The notes beneath the pieces are model-generated. The model did no database searches. It was not told the DNA's origin and worked only from the letters and a program-made list of their open reading frames with translations. A DNA stretch of 42,361 nt. It comes from an uncultured Azospirillum sp. Lineage in GTDB: Bacteria; Pseudomonadota; Alphaproteobacteria; Rickettsiales; UBA3002. The stretch covers positions 1 through 42,361 of the forward strand of contig CAZOFC010000001.1 of assembly GCA_964578965.1 (NCBI GenBank), given 5' to 3'. The position numbers and the translations under genes were made by a program. Below are positions 8,369 through 15,975 of the stretch, in pieces (the stretch's first letter is position 1; the number at the start of each line of letters is the position of its first letter).

Positions 8369-8643
8369 TGCCAAATCCCATGCGATTCTCTCGATATTGA
8401 GATAAGCATAGCACGCTAAGGTTAAGAATTTATGACCATCCATTGGCGGGTGGTTTTTAGAAAAAAATGATGCGGATTTTTGATCGCCCTGTGGGTATCC
8501 ATTGTGGATAGATTCATGGCACACAGCATGGCTGCGAACTGCAGCGAAACACGGCTAAAACACAAAATGTTGTTGCGAGTGGCAAGTCGAATCTATATAT
8601 AGTGGGTAGAACAAAAAACACTGACGGCCCACTTAAGCGAGTT

Positions 8644-9393
8644 ATGTCCCGAGCAACTTCCCACGCGATCGATTATGCTATGACGAATGACGACCCTGCA
8701 GTGATTCAGGCCGCCATCGCGCATGATTTCCGCCTTGAGTCGGTGGCGTTCATGCACTCGGTCATTGCGCTGGTTGCCAAACTGGTGACGATTGACGGCG
8801 CGGCGACCAAGGCGGAATATGATGTGTTCCATGCCTTGTTTGTGGAACATGCCACGATTGATAATGCGCAGGCGCGCAGCTGGTTTGTGCAGCGTAGTAC
8901 GGATACCAGTTCGGCCACCCAATATGCCCGCCAGATTGCGGCGATGACCCCGGGCGAAACCGCCATGCATACGGATCTGATGCAACGGTTGGTGCAGGTG
9001 GCAAGTGCGGATGCGCCGCTGAATGCAGCTGAAATTGAGTTGCTGCGTGCCGTGGCTGAGGTGTTCGGATTTGTGAAGGATGCATTTCGTAGTTTCATCA
9101 GCCCACGTGGTGAGGCTGCCCACGCATCGCCGTATGCGCTGCTTGGGGTGAGTGCGCGTGCCAGCGACAAGGAAGTACGCGAGCATTATATGGCGCGGGT
9201 TCAGGCCCTGCACCCGGATCGCTATCAGGCGGTGGGCGCGAGTGCTGAGACCATTGCGCTATTGTCCGACCAACTGGCCACGCTTAACGCGGCCTATCAG
9301 ACCGTGCAGCAGGCACGGGCTAAGAAATCTTCCCGCACCATGGGTATTACTGGCTGGTGGGGGCGCAAAAACACGAAAGGCACCAACAGCTAA
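8644..9393 (+). CDS. DjlA-like co-chaperone (TerB-like N-domain plus C-terminal J domain), no transmembrane segment
   Basis: C-terminal J domain PYALLGVSARASDKEVREHYMARVQALHPDR with the HPD motif. N-terminal region resembles the DjlA/TerB helical domain (VIALVAKLVTIDGAATKAEYDVF ... LNAAEIELLRAVAEVFG). Start uncertain: ATG 8644, ATG 8680 or GTG 8602. Confidence 0.75.
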   Translation: MSRATSHAIDYAMTNDDPAVIQAAIAHDFRLESVAFMHSVIALVAKLVTIDGAATKAEYDVFHALFVEHATIDNAQARSWFVQRSTDTSSATQYARQIAAMTPGETAMHTDLMQRLVQVASADAPLNAAEIELLRAVAEVFGFVKDAFRSFISPRGEAAHASPYALLGVSARASDKEVREHYMARVQALHPDRYQAVGASAETIALLSDQLATLNAAYQTVQQARAKKSSRTMGITGWWGRKNTKGTNS

Positions 9394-9483
9394 GATTGGG
9401 TCCGCAGAGGACCGCGCTGTTGATGCCTTTCCTATCCAATCCCAACCGAAAGGTTGGAGTTCAGTTGCTTGCCGAGCGACTTG

Positions 9484-9517
9484 GGGCTTTGGGATTCGTC
9501 TCAAAGCCCTCTTTTTT
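9484..9517 (+). terminator. intrinsic terminator
   Basis: GGGCTTTG (9484-9491), a 10-nt loop, CAAAGCCC (9502-9509), then TCTTTTTT (9510-9517). It lies 91 nt after the DjlA-like stop. Confidence 0.65.
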
Positions 9518-9905
9518 GCCTCACTTCCCGCGTGTGATTGGCGGCGGATTACTGCGTCGTGTTCGTACTCGGTCGGTCATGTACTTTTAATGTACACTCC
9601 CTCCCTGCGTGCGAGCACTCCTTGTACTCCATCCACCACTCTCACGCTTGCTACAGCACAAGAGAGGCATTCGCTTCGGGACAGGAAGTATGGCATAAAG
9701 CGAGCACATAATCCAGCAATCTGTGCGGCTTAAGTGCGAAAGCTGGGATATCGAATGAAATGAATGGGCTGCTGTATAAAATTGAAATTGCGTTCAATAT
9801 TAATGTGAAAGTTTAAGTGCAATCTGAGGCATCGGAAAGCTGCTTGCACTTGCGTGCGGCATGGCCTACATGCGGTCGCATTGATATTTCCCACGCGGAG
9901 TAGTT

Positions 9906-10781
9906 ATGCCCTTGCACGCAATTTTAGCGGCGATTCTCGTTGCAGCCTGTTGGGGAGGGAACTTCACGGCGAGCCGGTTCGGCCTCAATGAATTTTCACC
10001 CTATTTTATGTTGCTGCTGCGCTTTGTGGGGGTGACGGTGCTGCTTGCACCGTTTGCGCTGCGCTACCCCATCCCGCGCTTTCGCGACATGCTGATGATT
10101 GCCGTATTTTTGATCGTGTTCCAGTTTTCCTTCGTCTTCAGCGCGATGGATCTGGGGCTATCCATTACCTCGGTGGTGGTGGCCACCCAGCTTGGGGTGC
10201 CCTTTGCCTGTGTGATGGCGGCGGTTATTTTCAAAGATTACCTTGGCCCCTGGCGCTCGGCTGGGCTCATGGTTGCCTTTTTGGGGGTGGTGATTGTGGC
10301 GGGAACGCCGAACGCCAGTGAACATTGGGGCGCGTTCATGCTTGCTGTGCTTGGCTCGTTTGGCTGGAGCGTGGCGAATGTGCATTTGAAGCGGATGAAA
10401 AATACCCCGCCAGTCGTGCCGTTGCTGTTCTGGCCAGCGCTGATTTCGCTGCCGATGCTGGCGGCTCTCTCGCTGGTGCTCGAATCTGGCCAGTTGGAAT
10501 CCATCCAAACCGCGCATTGGACAGGCTGGGCAGGGATTGCCTACAGCCTGTTTTTCTCGTCGTTACTTGGATATGGCTTATGGAACCGTTTAATCGTGAC
10601 GTATCCGATGAGTGCGGTTGTGCCCTATTCGCTGCTGGTGCCGGTGGTGGGGATTGCAGGAGGCGTCATCACCACGGGCGATGCGTTGACCTTACAGGTG
10701 GTGATTGGCACGTTACTCACGATTGCCGGGGTGGCGGTGATTTCAATCCGCCGGCCGCAGCTTATTGAAATGGATCAGTAG
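9906..10781 (+). CDS. EamA/DMT-family transporter
   Basis: 291 aa, about 10 hydrophobic segments arranged as two EamA repeats (AACWGGNFTASRFGL ... SVANVHLKRM). GGAG RBS precedes the ATG. Confidence 0.88.
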   Translation: MPLHAILAAILVAACWGGNFTASRFGLNEFSPYFMLLLRFVGVTVLLAPFALRYPIPRFRDMLMIAVFLIVFQFSFVFSAMDLGLSITSVVVATQLGVPFACVMAAVIFKDYLGPWRSAGLMVAFLGVVIVAGTPNASEHWGAFMLAVLGSFGWSVANVHLKRMKNTPPVVPLLFWPALISLPMLAALSLVLESGQLESIQTAHWTGWAGIAYSLFFSSLLGYGLWNRLIVTYPMSAVVPYSLLVPVVGIAGGVITTGDALTLQVVIGTLLTIAGVAVISIRRPQLIEMDQ

Positions 10782-10888
10782 TCAGACGCGCGGTTCAGGC
10801 ATGATTGTCATGGAATCTTCATACTCTGTTCATGCATTCATGTTATTTCCCGTGTCGTTTTTTCATCAAACATGGCTATTATGATTGT

Positions 10889-11203
10889 ATGACGACACAT
10901 CTAACCGCAACGAAATATCAGCACGAGTTCGGCAGCCGCTGGAATTTAGCGATAGAGGATAACTGCATCGTCGTTGCCGATAGTCAGGACTACATCGATC
11001 GTCTCTCTGACTGGCTTTTGGAAAATGGGATTACGCACGAGGTTATCCCCGAAAACCGGCGAAATCTCATCAAGCCACGCATTATGATTAAAGGCGATCT
11101 GGAAGCGGTTTTATCGGAAATCCAAGATAAACGGCCTGAAGGCACGACGATGAAAGATGTTCTTGGCCTTGAGCCGCTAACGGTTGCGGCCAGAAAGCGC
11201 TGA
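10889..11203 (+). CDS. hypothetical protein (104 aa)
   Basis: ORF from MTTHLTATKYQ (ATG at 10889) in a lower-GC pocket. The upstream 28 codons of ORF 10805..11203 are AT-rich and look non-coding. No family recognised. Confidence 0.45.
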   Translation: MTTHLTATKYQHEFGSRWNLAIEDNCIVVADSQDYIDRLSDWLLENGITHEVIPENRRNLIKPRIMIKGDLEAVLSEIQDKRPEGTTMKDVLGLEPLTVAARKR

Positions 11204-11357
11204 ACCCAAGCATCCTTTGCGACAAGGTACAGCTTCGCTAAAGGTGGGAATTTATAGAGCTAGCAGCTGCTCATGACAAAAACGATGCGATTAGTAGCTT
11301 GTGCCTGCTTGCTGGTGTATGCTAGGCACTAGCCCGCTCACAACTAGGCATTTAATC

Positions 11358-12077
11358 ATGAATCTGACTCGCCGATCGCCAAACTTCGATGACCGCAAGG
11401 ATGGCATCATCGATATGCTGGTACTGCATTATACCGATATGCAGAGCGGCGAGGCGGCCATCGCCCATTTATGCAGCGCAGAATCGCGGGTATCGGCACA
11501 TTATGTGGTTGAGGAAGATGGCGAGGTCTATCAGCTGGTGGATGAGGAAAAGCGCGCCTGGCACGCGGGGGAATCCTATTGGCGGGGGCACAGCAACATC
11601 AATGGCCGCTCGATAGGGATTGAGGTGGTCAACCCCGGCCATAGCAATGGCTACCGCGCGTTTCCGGAACTGCAGATGCAGGCGCTCATTGAATTATGCC
11701 ACGGTATTCTGGCGCGTCACCCCATTGCGCCACGCAATGTCGTGGGTCATTCGGATGTGGCGTTCTTGCGTAAAATGGACCCCGGCGAACTGTTCGACTG
11801 GCCACGGCTTGCGCGTGCGGCGGTCGGGCTATTTCCGTTTGCGGCAAGGCCTATGCTTGGCAGCGCGCTTGCGCGCGGCGATAACGGCAAGCAAGTAATA
11901 CGCCTACAAACGGCGCTCAATAACTGGGGCTATGGCCTGAAGCTCGATGGCGATTATGGGGTTAAAACCGAGCAATGTGTTATCGCCTTTCAGCGCCATT
12001 ACCGGCCCGGCAATATTGACGGCACATGGGATGATGAATGCGCAGGCTTGCTGGCCGCGCTTCACGGCATGGTTTAA
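11358..12077 (+). CDS. N-acetylmuramoyl-L-alanine amidase (AmpD/AmiD type, amidase_2) with a C-terminal peptidoglycan-binding domain
   Basis: 239 aa from MNLTRRSPNFDDR. HYTD, SAHYVVEEDG, AWHAGESYW and SIGIEVVN motifs. C-terminal PG_binding_1-like LQTALNNWGYGLKLDGDYGVKTEQCVIAFQ. Confidence 0.88.
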   Translation: MNLTRRSPNFDDRKDGIIDMLVLHYTDMQSGEAAIAHLCSAESRVSAHYVVEEDGEVYQLVDEEKRAWHAGESYWRGHSNINGRSIGIEVVNPGHSNGYRAFPELQMQALIELCHGILARHPIAPRNVVGHSDVAFLRKMDPGELFDWPRLARAAVGLFPFAARPMLGSALARGDNGKQVIRLQTALNNWGYGLKLDGDYGVKTEQCVIAFQRHYRPGNIDGTWDDECAGLLAALHGMV

Positions 12078-12646
12078 GCGAAGCGCTTTGTTACTTCCGC
12101 GACGCGTTTACCAAATAGGCGTGCCGTTTCAAGGTCGCCCGCGGGCGGTGCGATATCGGCAGGCGCTTTGTTATTTGATTGTGTCATCAGCCCCGAATTA
12201 CTGCCCAAGCGATTGATGGATTCGATGGACGCTACTTCCGTACCGCTCAGCTGCGGCCCGGGCTCGGCCTGCCCCACCCAGATCATGCCATGTTGCATGG
12301 CGAGAATCATCAGCTGTTGGAGGCTGGCGAGCTTATCGCCCGAGTATCCGCCGGAGTTAGTGAAGCCCGCACTGATTTTATCTTTCCAGGCGAGGGTGAA
12401 CCAGCGCTTGGAGGTGGCATCGATGAAGGTTTTGAACTGTGCCGAAACACCGCCCATGTAGGTTGGCGCACCAAAGATGATGGCGTGCGAGCCATCGAGC
12501 GTTGCCCAATCGGCGTCTGTCAGCGCGTCGGCCTTGAGCAGGTTGACGGTGATGCCATCAATGCTAGCGCCATTCGCGACGGCTTGCGCTACCTTGGCGG
12601 TGTGGCCATAGCCACTGTGATAAACGACAGAAAGAATTTTGTTCAT
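12074..12646 (-). CDS. flavodoxin-fold NAD(P)H:quinone oxidoreductase (WrbA-like)
   Basis: 190 aa. ILSVVYHSGYGHTAKVAQAV N-terminus, FGAPTYMGGVS and FTNSGGYSGD motifs typical of WrbA/flavodoxin-like proteins. Confidence 0.85.
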   Translation of the reverse strand: MNKILSVVYHSGYGHTAKVAQAVANGASIDGITVNLLKADALTDADWATLDGSHAIIFGAPTYMGGVSAQFKTFIDATSKRWFTLAWKDKISAGFTNSGGYSGDKLASLQQLMILAMQHGMIWVGQAEPGPQLSGTEVASIESINRLGSNSGLMTQSNNKAPADIAPPAGDLETARLFGKRVAEVTKRFA

Positions 12647-12793
12647 GGTACCCTCCTGATGTGTGACATGCCTTAGATATAAGGAATTGATGAGGAATGT
12701 ACAGCATGCTATTGCATGATGCGTGTTCGAGCCTATCTGTTACCAGAAACACAACAGTCACCGCATCACGGATGCTACCCCACGAGAGAACGT

Positions 12794-13462
12794 ATGAAAC
12801 GATTGAAAAAACGTTTGCTTTACAGCGCTGCACTGACGGCGATTGCCGTGCCACTTGTGATGTTATCGGGGTGTAATATGGGCCAGTATGACGAGCCGGC
12901 ATTTACCGCAACCAAGGCCGAGAACGGCATTGAGGTGCGTGACTACGCGCCGGTAATTGCGGCGGAAGTGGAAGTGACGGGCGAGCGCAAAGAGGCGATT
13001 AGCAAAGGCTTCCGCCTGATTGCGGATTATATTTTTGGCAACAATGAGCCCAACGCGAAGATCGCGATGACGGCACCGGTGATCCAGCAGGCCGACGCGA
13101 AAAAAGAAGGCGAGAGCATTGCGATGACCGCACCCGTGATTCAACAAGGTAAAGGCGACGGCAAGGCATGGAAGGTACAATTCATCATGCCGCCTGAATA
13201 CACCCTTGAAACCTTGCCCAAGCCCGTGAACCCTGAAGTGAAAATCAAAAAAGTAGCAGGCAGAAAAATGGTGGCGATTCGTTTTTCCGGCAGCACGGGC
13301 GACGAGAATATCGCCACGCATAGTGCGTTGCTGAACGATTATGTGAAGGCAAATAAATTACGCACCCGCGGTGAGCCGGTGCTGGCATTCTATGATCCGC
13401 CATGGACCTTGCCATTCCTGCGCCGCAATGAGGTGATGCTGGAGCTGATGCCCACCAAGTAG
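12794..13462 (+). CDS. SOUL heme-binding-family lipoprotein
   Basis: 222 aa from MKRLKKRLLYS (ATG at 12794). Lipobox LSGC. Duplicated IAMTAPVIQQ motif and FYDPPWTLPFLRRNEV C-terminus, both typical of SOUL/HBP proteins. Confidence 0.85.
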   Translation: MKRLKKRLLYSAALTAIAVPLVMLSGCNMGQYDEPAFTATKAENGIEVRDYAPVIAAEVEVTGERKEAISKGFRLIADYIFGNNEPNAKIAMTAPVIQQADAKKEGESIAMTAPVIQQGKGDGKAWKVQFIMPPEYTLETLPKPVNPEVKIKKVAGRKMVAIRFSGSTGDENIATHSALLNDYVKANKLRTRGEPVLAFYDPPWTLPFLRRNEVMLELMPTK

Positions 13463-13498
13463 GGCCGTTAGCAATACATGATTGGGTGTGTAGTGTGG

Positions 13499-14308
13499 CT
13501 ATCTGTAAGCGCTCGGCGTTTCAAACGTTACGTCGCTAACCAATCGGTTTTGTCCATCAATCGTTGCTGCCCATGATTCCTCCAACGGGGTTGCGGGCGC
13601 ATGATTCTTGTAAGCATCTTGTGCAATCGCGAAAATACGGTCGCGATTGGGGAAGATGCCAAAAAGGCCTTGGGATTCTTCATTCGATTTCGGCCGCTTT
13701 TCTATGCGCGCATTTAAAATAAGGGAGGGATGATTGCGAGCAATATCTTCGTATGTTGCCTCGACTGCAGCACTGTCGCCGATGTAGAGTTGTGAGCGGT
13801 AGATGCTATCAGCAAATGCGACGGCAACGCGCGGCTGAATCGCGGCTACGATTGGCAACACGGCGTGAATCGCCTCAGCGTACTTCATTTTTTCAGTGCT
13901 ATCGATATGTAACAGGTTATGTTCATCCGTTAGCATCTGGCGATGGTGTTGAAAGAACGGACTAAACGAATTATCTTGGGCGTAAGCGCCAAGGATGAGC
14001 AAATTACGCTCAATATCGCAGTGGTTGGAATTCACGAAATATTCGTGTGACTCCAATAATTGGCGAGATGCGTCGCGGCAAAATTTTTGTACCAATCCCC
14101 ATTCTTTCGATCCTGGCGCAATATTTTCTTGAAGAAACTCGATTGCTTTTAAAAGCCGCGGTTCGGATTGTATCCTTTTGGCGAGCACGTCGCGTGTACG
14201 CGTAATGCCCGGCGAGCGCTGAATATTAAACGGAGTTTCGCTTTGCTCGGTTGCACTAAGCCATGCTGGCAAGGGGATTGGCTGATTCGTATTAATATGG
14301 CGTCTCAT
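13499..14308 (-). CDS. hypothetical protein (269 aa), ORFan
   Basis: Clean 269-codon ORF. Hand-counted 60-nt samples give about 45-47% GC, versus about 60% in dcw genes. No signal peptide and no motif recognised. Confidence 0.55.
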   Translation of the reverse strand: MRRHINTNQPIPLPAWLSATEQSETPFNIQRSPGITRTRDVLAKRIQSEPRLLKAIEFLQENIAPGSKEWGLVQKFCRDASRQLLESHEYFVNSNHCDIERNLLILGAYAQDNSFSPFFQHHRQMLTDEHNLLHIDSTEKMKYAEAIHAVLPIVAAIQPRVAVAFADSIYRSQLYIGDSAAVEATYEDIARNHPSLILNARIEKRPKSNEESQGLFGIFPNRDRIFAIAQDAYKNHAPATPLEESWAATIDGQNRLVSDVTFETPSAYR

Positions 14309-14373
14309 TTTTATTCTCGCTGAATTGCGTGGCGCTCTTAGTCGTTAAATTAACACCGATGTATGAAGATTGT

Positions 14374-14402
14374 GTGACAATCATGGCATATTCGGGTATA
14401 TA
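14374..14402 (+). promoter_or_regulatory. candidate sigma70-type promoter of rnpB
   Basis: GTGACA (14374-14379), a 17-nt spacer, then TATATA (14397-14402). This places a start about 7 nt downstream, at the predicted P1 5' end (14409). Confidence 0.45.
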
Positions 14403-14408
14403 ACTACC

Positions 14409-14834
14409 ACCAGATGGCTGGATGACTGCGTGGACATGTATGTTGCGGGTGAGGGGAATGCCTCCGATGCGGCTATTTATCTCCGCGAGGAAAGTCCGGG
14501 CTCCGAAGGAAACGGTGGCGGGTAACGCCCGCCTGGCGCAAGCCAAGAGATAGTGCCACAGAGAACAGACCACCCGTCATTGCTCGCAATGACGCGGTAA
14601 GGGTGAAACGGTGGGGTAAGAGCCCACCGCGTGACTGGTAACAGGCACGGCATGGCAAACCTCACCGGGAGCAAGACCGAATAGGCCTGACGCGTGGGTG
14701 GCGACATTCACTAGGGGTTTTCCGCCCCAAGATCAGGCGGGTAGGTTGCTAGAGCCCCCCAGCAATGGGTGGCGCAGATGAATAGTCATCCAGCGCGCGA
14801 GCGTGGACAGAACCCGGCTTACAGGCCATCTGGT
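14409..14834 (+). ncRNA. rnpB: RNase P RNA, bacterial type A
   Basis: Universal GAGGAAAGTCCGGGCTCC (14487-14504), GGTAAGGGTGAAA, and ACAGAACCCGGCTTA (14807-14821). P1 pairing ACCAGATGGC (14409-14418) with GCCATCTGGT (14825-14834). Confidence 0.92.
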
Positions 14835-14888
14835 ATTCTTCATCGAATCGTCACACTCATAGCATTCGTGATGCGGTAGATTCTGCAC

Positions 14889-15734
14889 ATGCAAACACCT
14901 GACGAACGAGCCAGAGCCCTTGTTGCTGCCCGCGAACAGAATGCGCGGGCGATAGAGACCGAGATTGCAGCGTGGCAGCAAGAGATTGGGCCAACACCGA
15001 GCAGTTCAGAGATAGCCATCAGCCCACTCAATGTCCCGCTTGTGGTGGGCGATGATGTCGAAGCGCGGCGCCGTGCGCCCAATGGTATTATCTATCCGCA
15101 TAATGCCATCGACGTGTTCGCGCAGACTAGCTTGCCGAGCCGTGATGTTGGTGTTGTTGCAACCGTTAGTGGCCGCGTTTTATTCGTTGGTGAGTGGGAC
15201 GCTGCTTCCGGGCATACCGTGTTTATTGGCGGCCGGGATGGCAGAATCTATAGTTTTGCGCATCTTGCGTCATCGACCGTTCAGGTTGGGCAATCGGTAG
15301 CGCAGGGCGATACCATTGGCGTCTATGGTCGATCGGGGAACGCGAGGCATCATGAAGATGGCAACCTGCATTACACGGTGCGTGCGCCAATTCTTTCTTC
15401 AGCCTCAGCGTTAGCGGATACTGCAACTATCGCTTCCGTTCCATCCTCTTCAGCCCCTGTAAATGACGCGCGCACGCTAACCAGTTTGGCTGATTTTGTG
15501 AAGATTTGGCCCACGATCAATGGTGTTGAGGCAAGAACTGGGATGGTATTTCAGCCTGGTATTCCAACGCCTCCACAAAAGAACGCTACGATGGAAGCGC
15601 CACTCGCTGCCCCAACCCCACCAGTTGTGGCACCCCCAGCCACCGTCACCGGGGGTGAAGCTTGCGAAGAGCAGGCTGGTCCGGGGCCGTGTCCTGCTGT
15701 AACGGGGTTTGCAAGCCACGGGCGCCTGCGCTAG
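14889..15734 (+). CDS. M23/LytM-domain protein with a Pro-rich C-terminal tail
   Basis: 281 aa. HxxxD motif in YPHNAIDVF. GHTVFIGG...SFAHL...GDTIGVYGRSGNA core. GNLHYTVR sits where PHLHFE is expected. Hydrophilic N-terminus; the ORF cannot extend upstream into rnpB. Confidence 0.75.
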   Translation: MQTPDERARALVAAREQNARAIETEIAAWQQEIGPTPSSSEIAISPLNVPLVVGDDVEARRRAPNGIIYPHNAIDVFAQTSLPSRDVGVVATVSGRVLFVGEWDAASGHTVFIGGRDGRIYSFAHLASSTVQVGQSVAQGDTIGVYGRSGNARHHEDGNLHYTVRAPILSSASALADTATIASVPSSSAPVNDARTLTSLADFVKIWPTINGVEARTGMVFQPGIPTPPQKNATMEAPLAAPTPPVVAPPATVTGGEACEEQAGPGPCPAVTGFASHGRLR

Positions 15735-15905
15735 GGCGTTGCCCTTAAACAATCAGTGCCAGCTGCCAATCTTAGCGCTGCTTTTTAAGATAAGCGAACT
15801 CAGCGGCGTTCCATCTTTATTCCTATAAAACATAGCAATAAGCCGTTTTTAGCGTGGTGCCCGCGCTATTGGATACGCGGTGAGTTTTGCTCATGCATGT
15901 ATCAC

Positions 15906-15923
15906 TTATCCCCACTATCCACA
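15906..15923 (+). promoter_or_regulatory. two adjacent DnaA-box-like 9-mers
   Basis: TTATCCCCA (15906-15914) and CTATCCACA (15915-15923). Each matches TTATCCACA at 8 of 9 positions. They lie 26 nt upstream of the candidate -35. Confidence 0.35.
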
Positions 15924-15948
15924 CCCCGCCATTTGCCCAAATTCGCCC

Positions 15949-15975
15949 TTGACGAAAGGGGCTTTTACCCATAAT
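15949..15975 (+). promoter_or_regulatory. candidate distal mraZ/dcw promoter
   Basis: TTGACG (15949-15954), a 15-nt spacer, then CATAAT (15970-15975). The spacer is shorter than optimal. Confidence 0.4.

Noticed and set aside
12725-12733. GTTCGAGCC string resembling a tRNA T-loop
   Set aside because: The flanking bases cannot form a 5-bp T-stem, and no acceptor or anticodon arms can be drawn. It lies in the flavodoxin/SOUL divergent promoter region. No tRNA is called anywhere in the window.
13030-13160. Internal duplication IAMTAPVIQQ ... IAMTAPVIQQ in the SOUL-family protein as a possible recent tandem repeat
   Set aside because: As far as I recall, a duplicated AMTAPV-type motif is a normal feature of the SOUL/HBP fold, reflecting its internal pseudo-symmetry. 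The intervening and flanking sequences are not repeated at the DNA level.
14292-14981. Four ORFs of 61-93 aa (14292..14573, 14473..14658, 14477..14707, 14733..14981)
   Set aside because: They overlap the RNase P RNA gene on the opposite strand. The rnpB assignment rests on universal conserved sequence blocks and P1 pairing.
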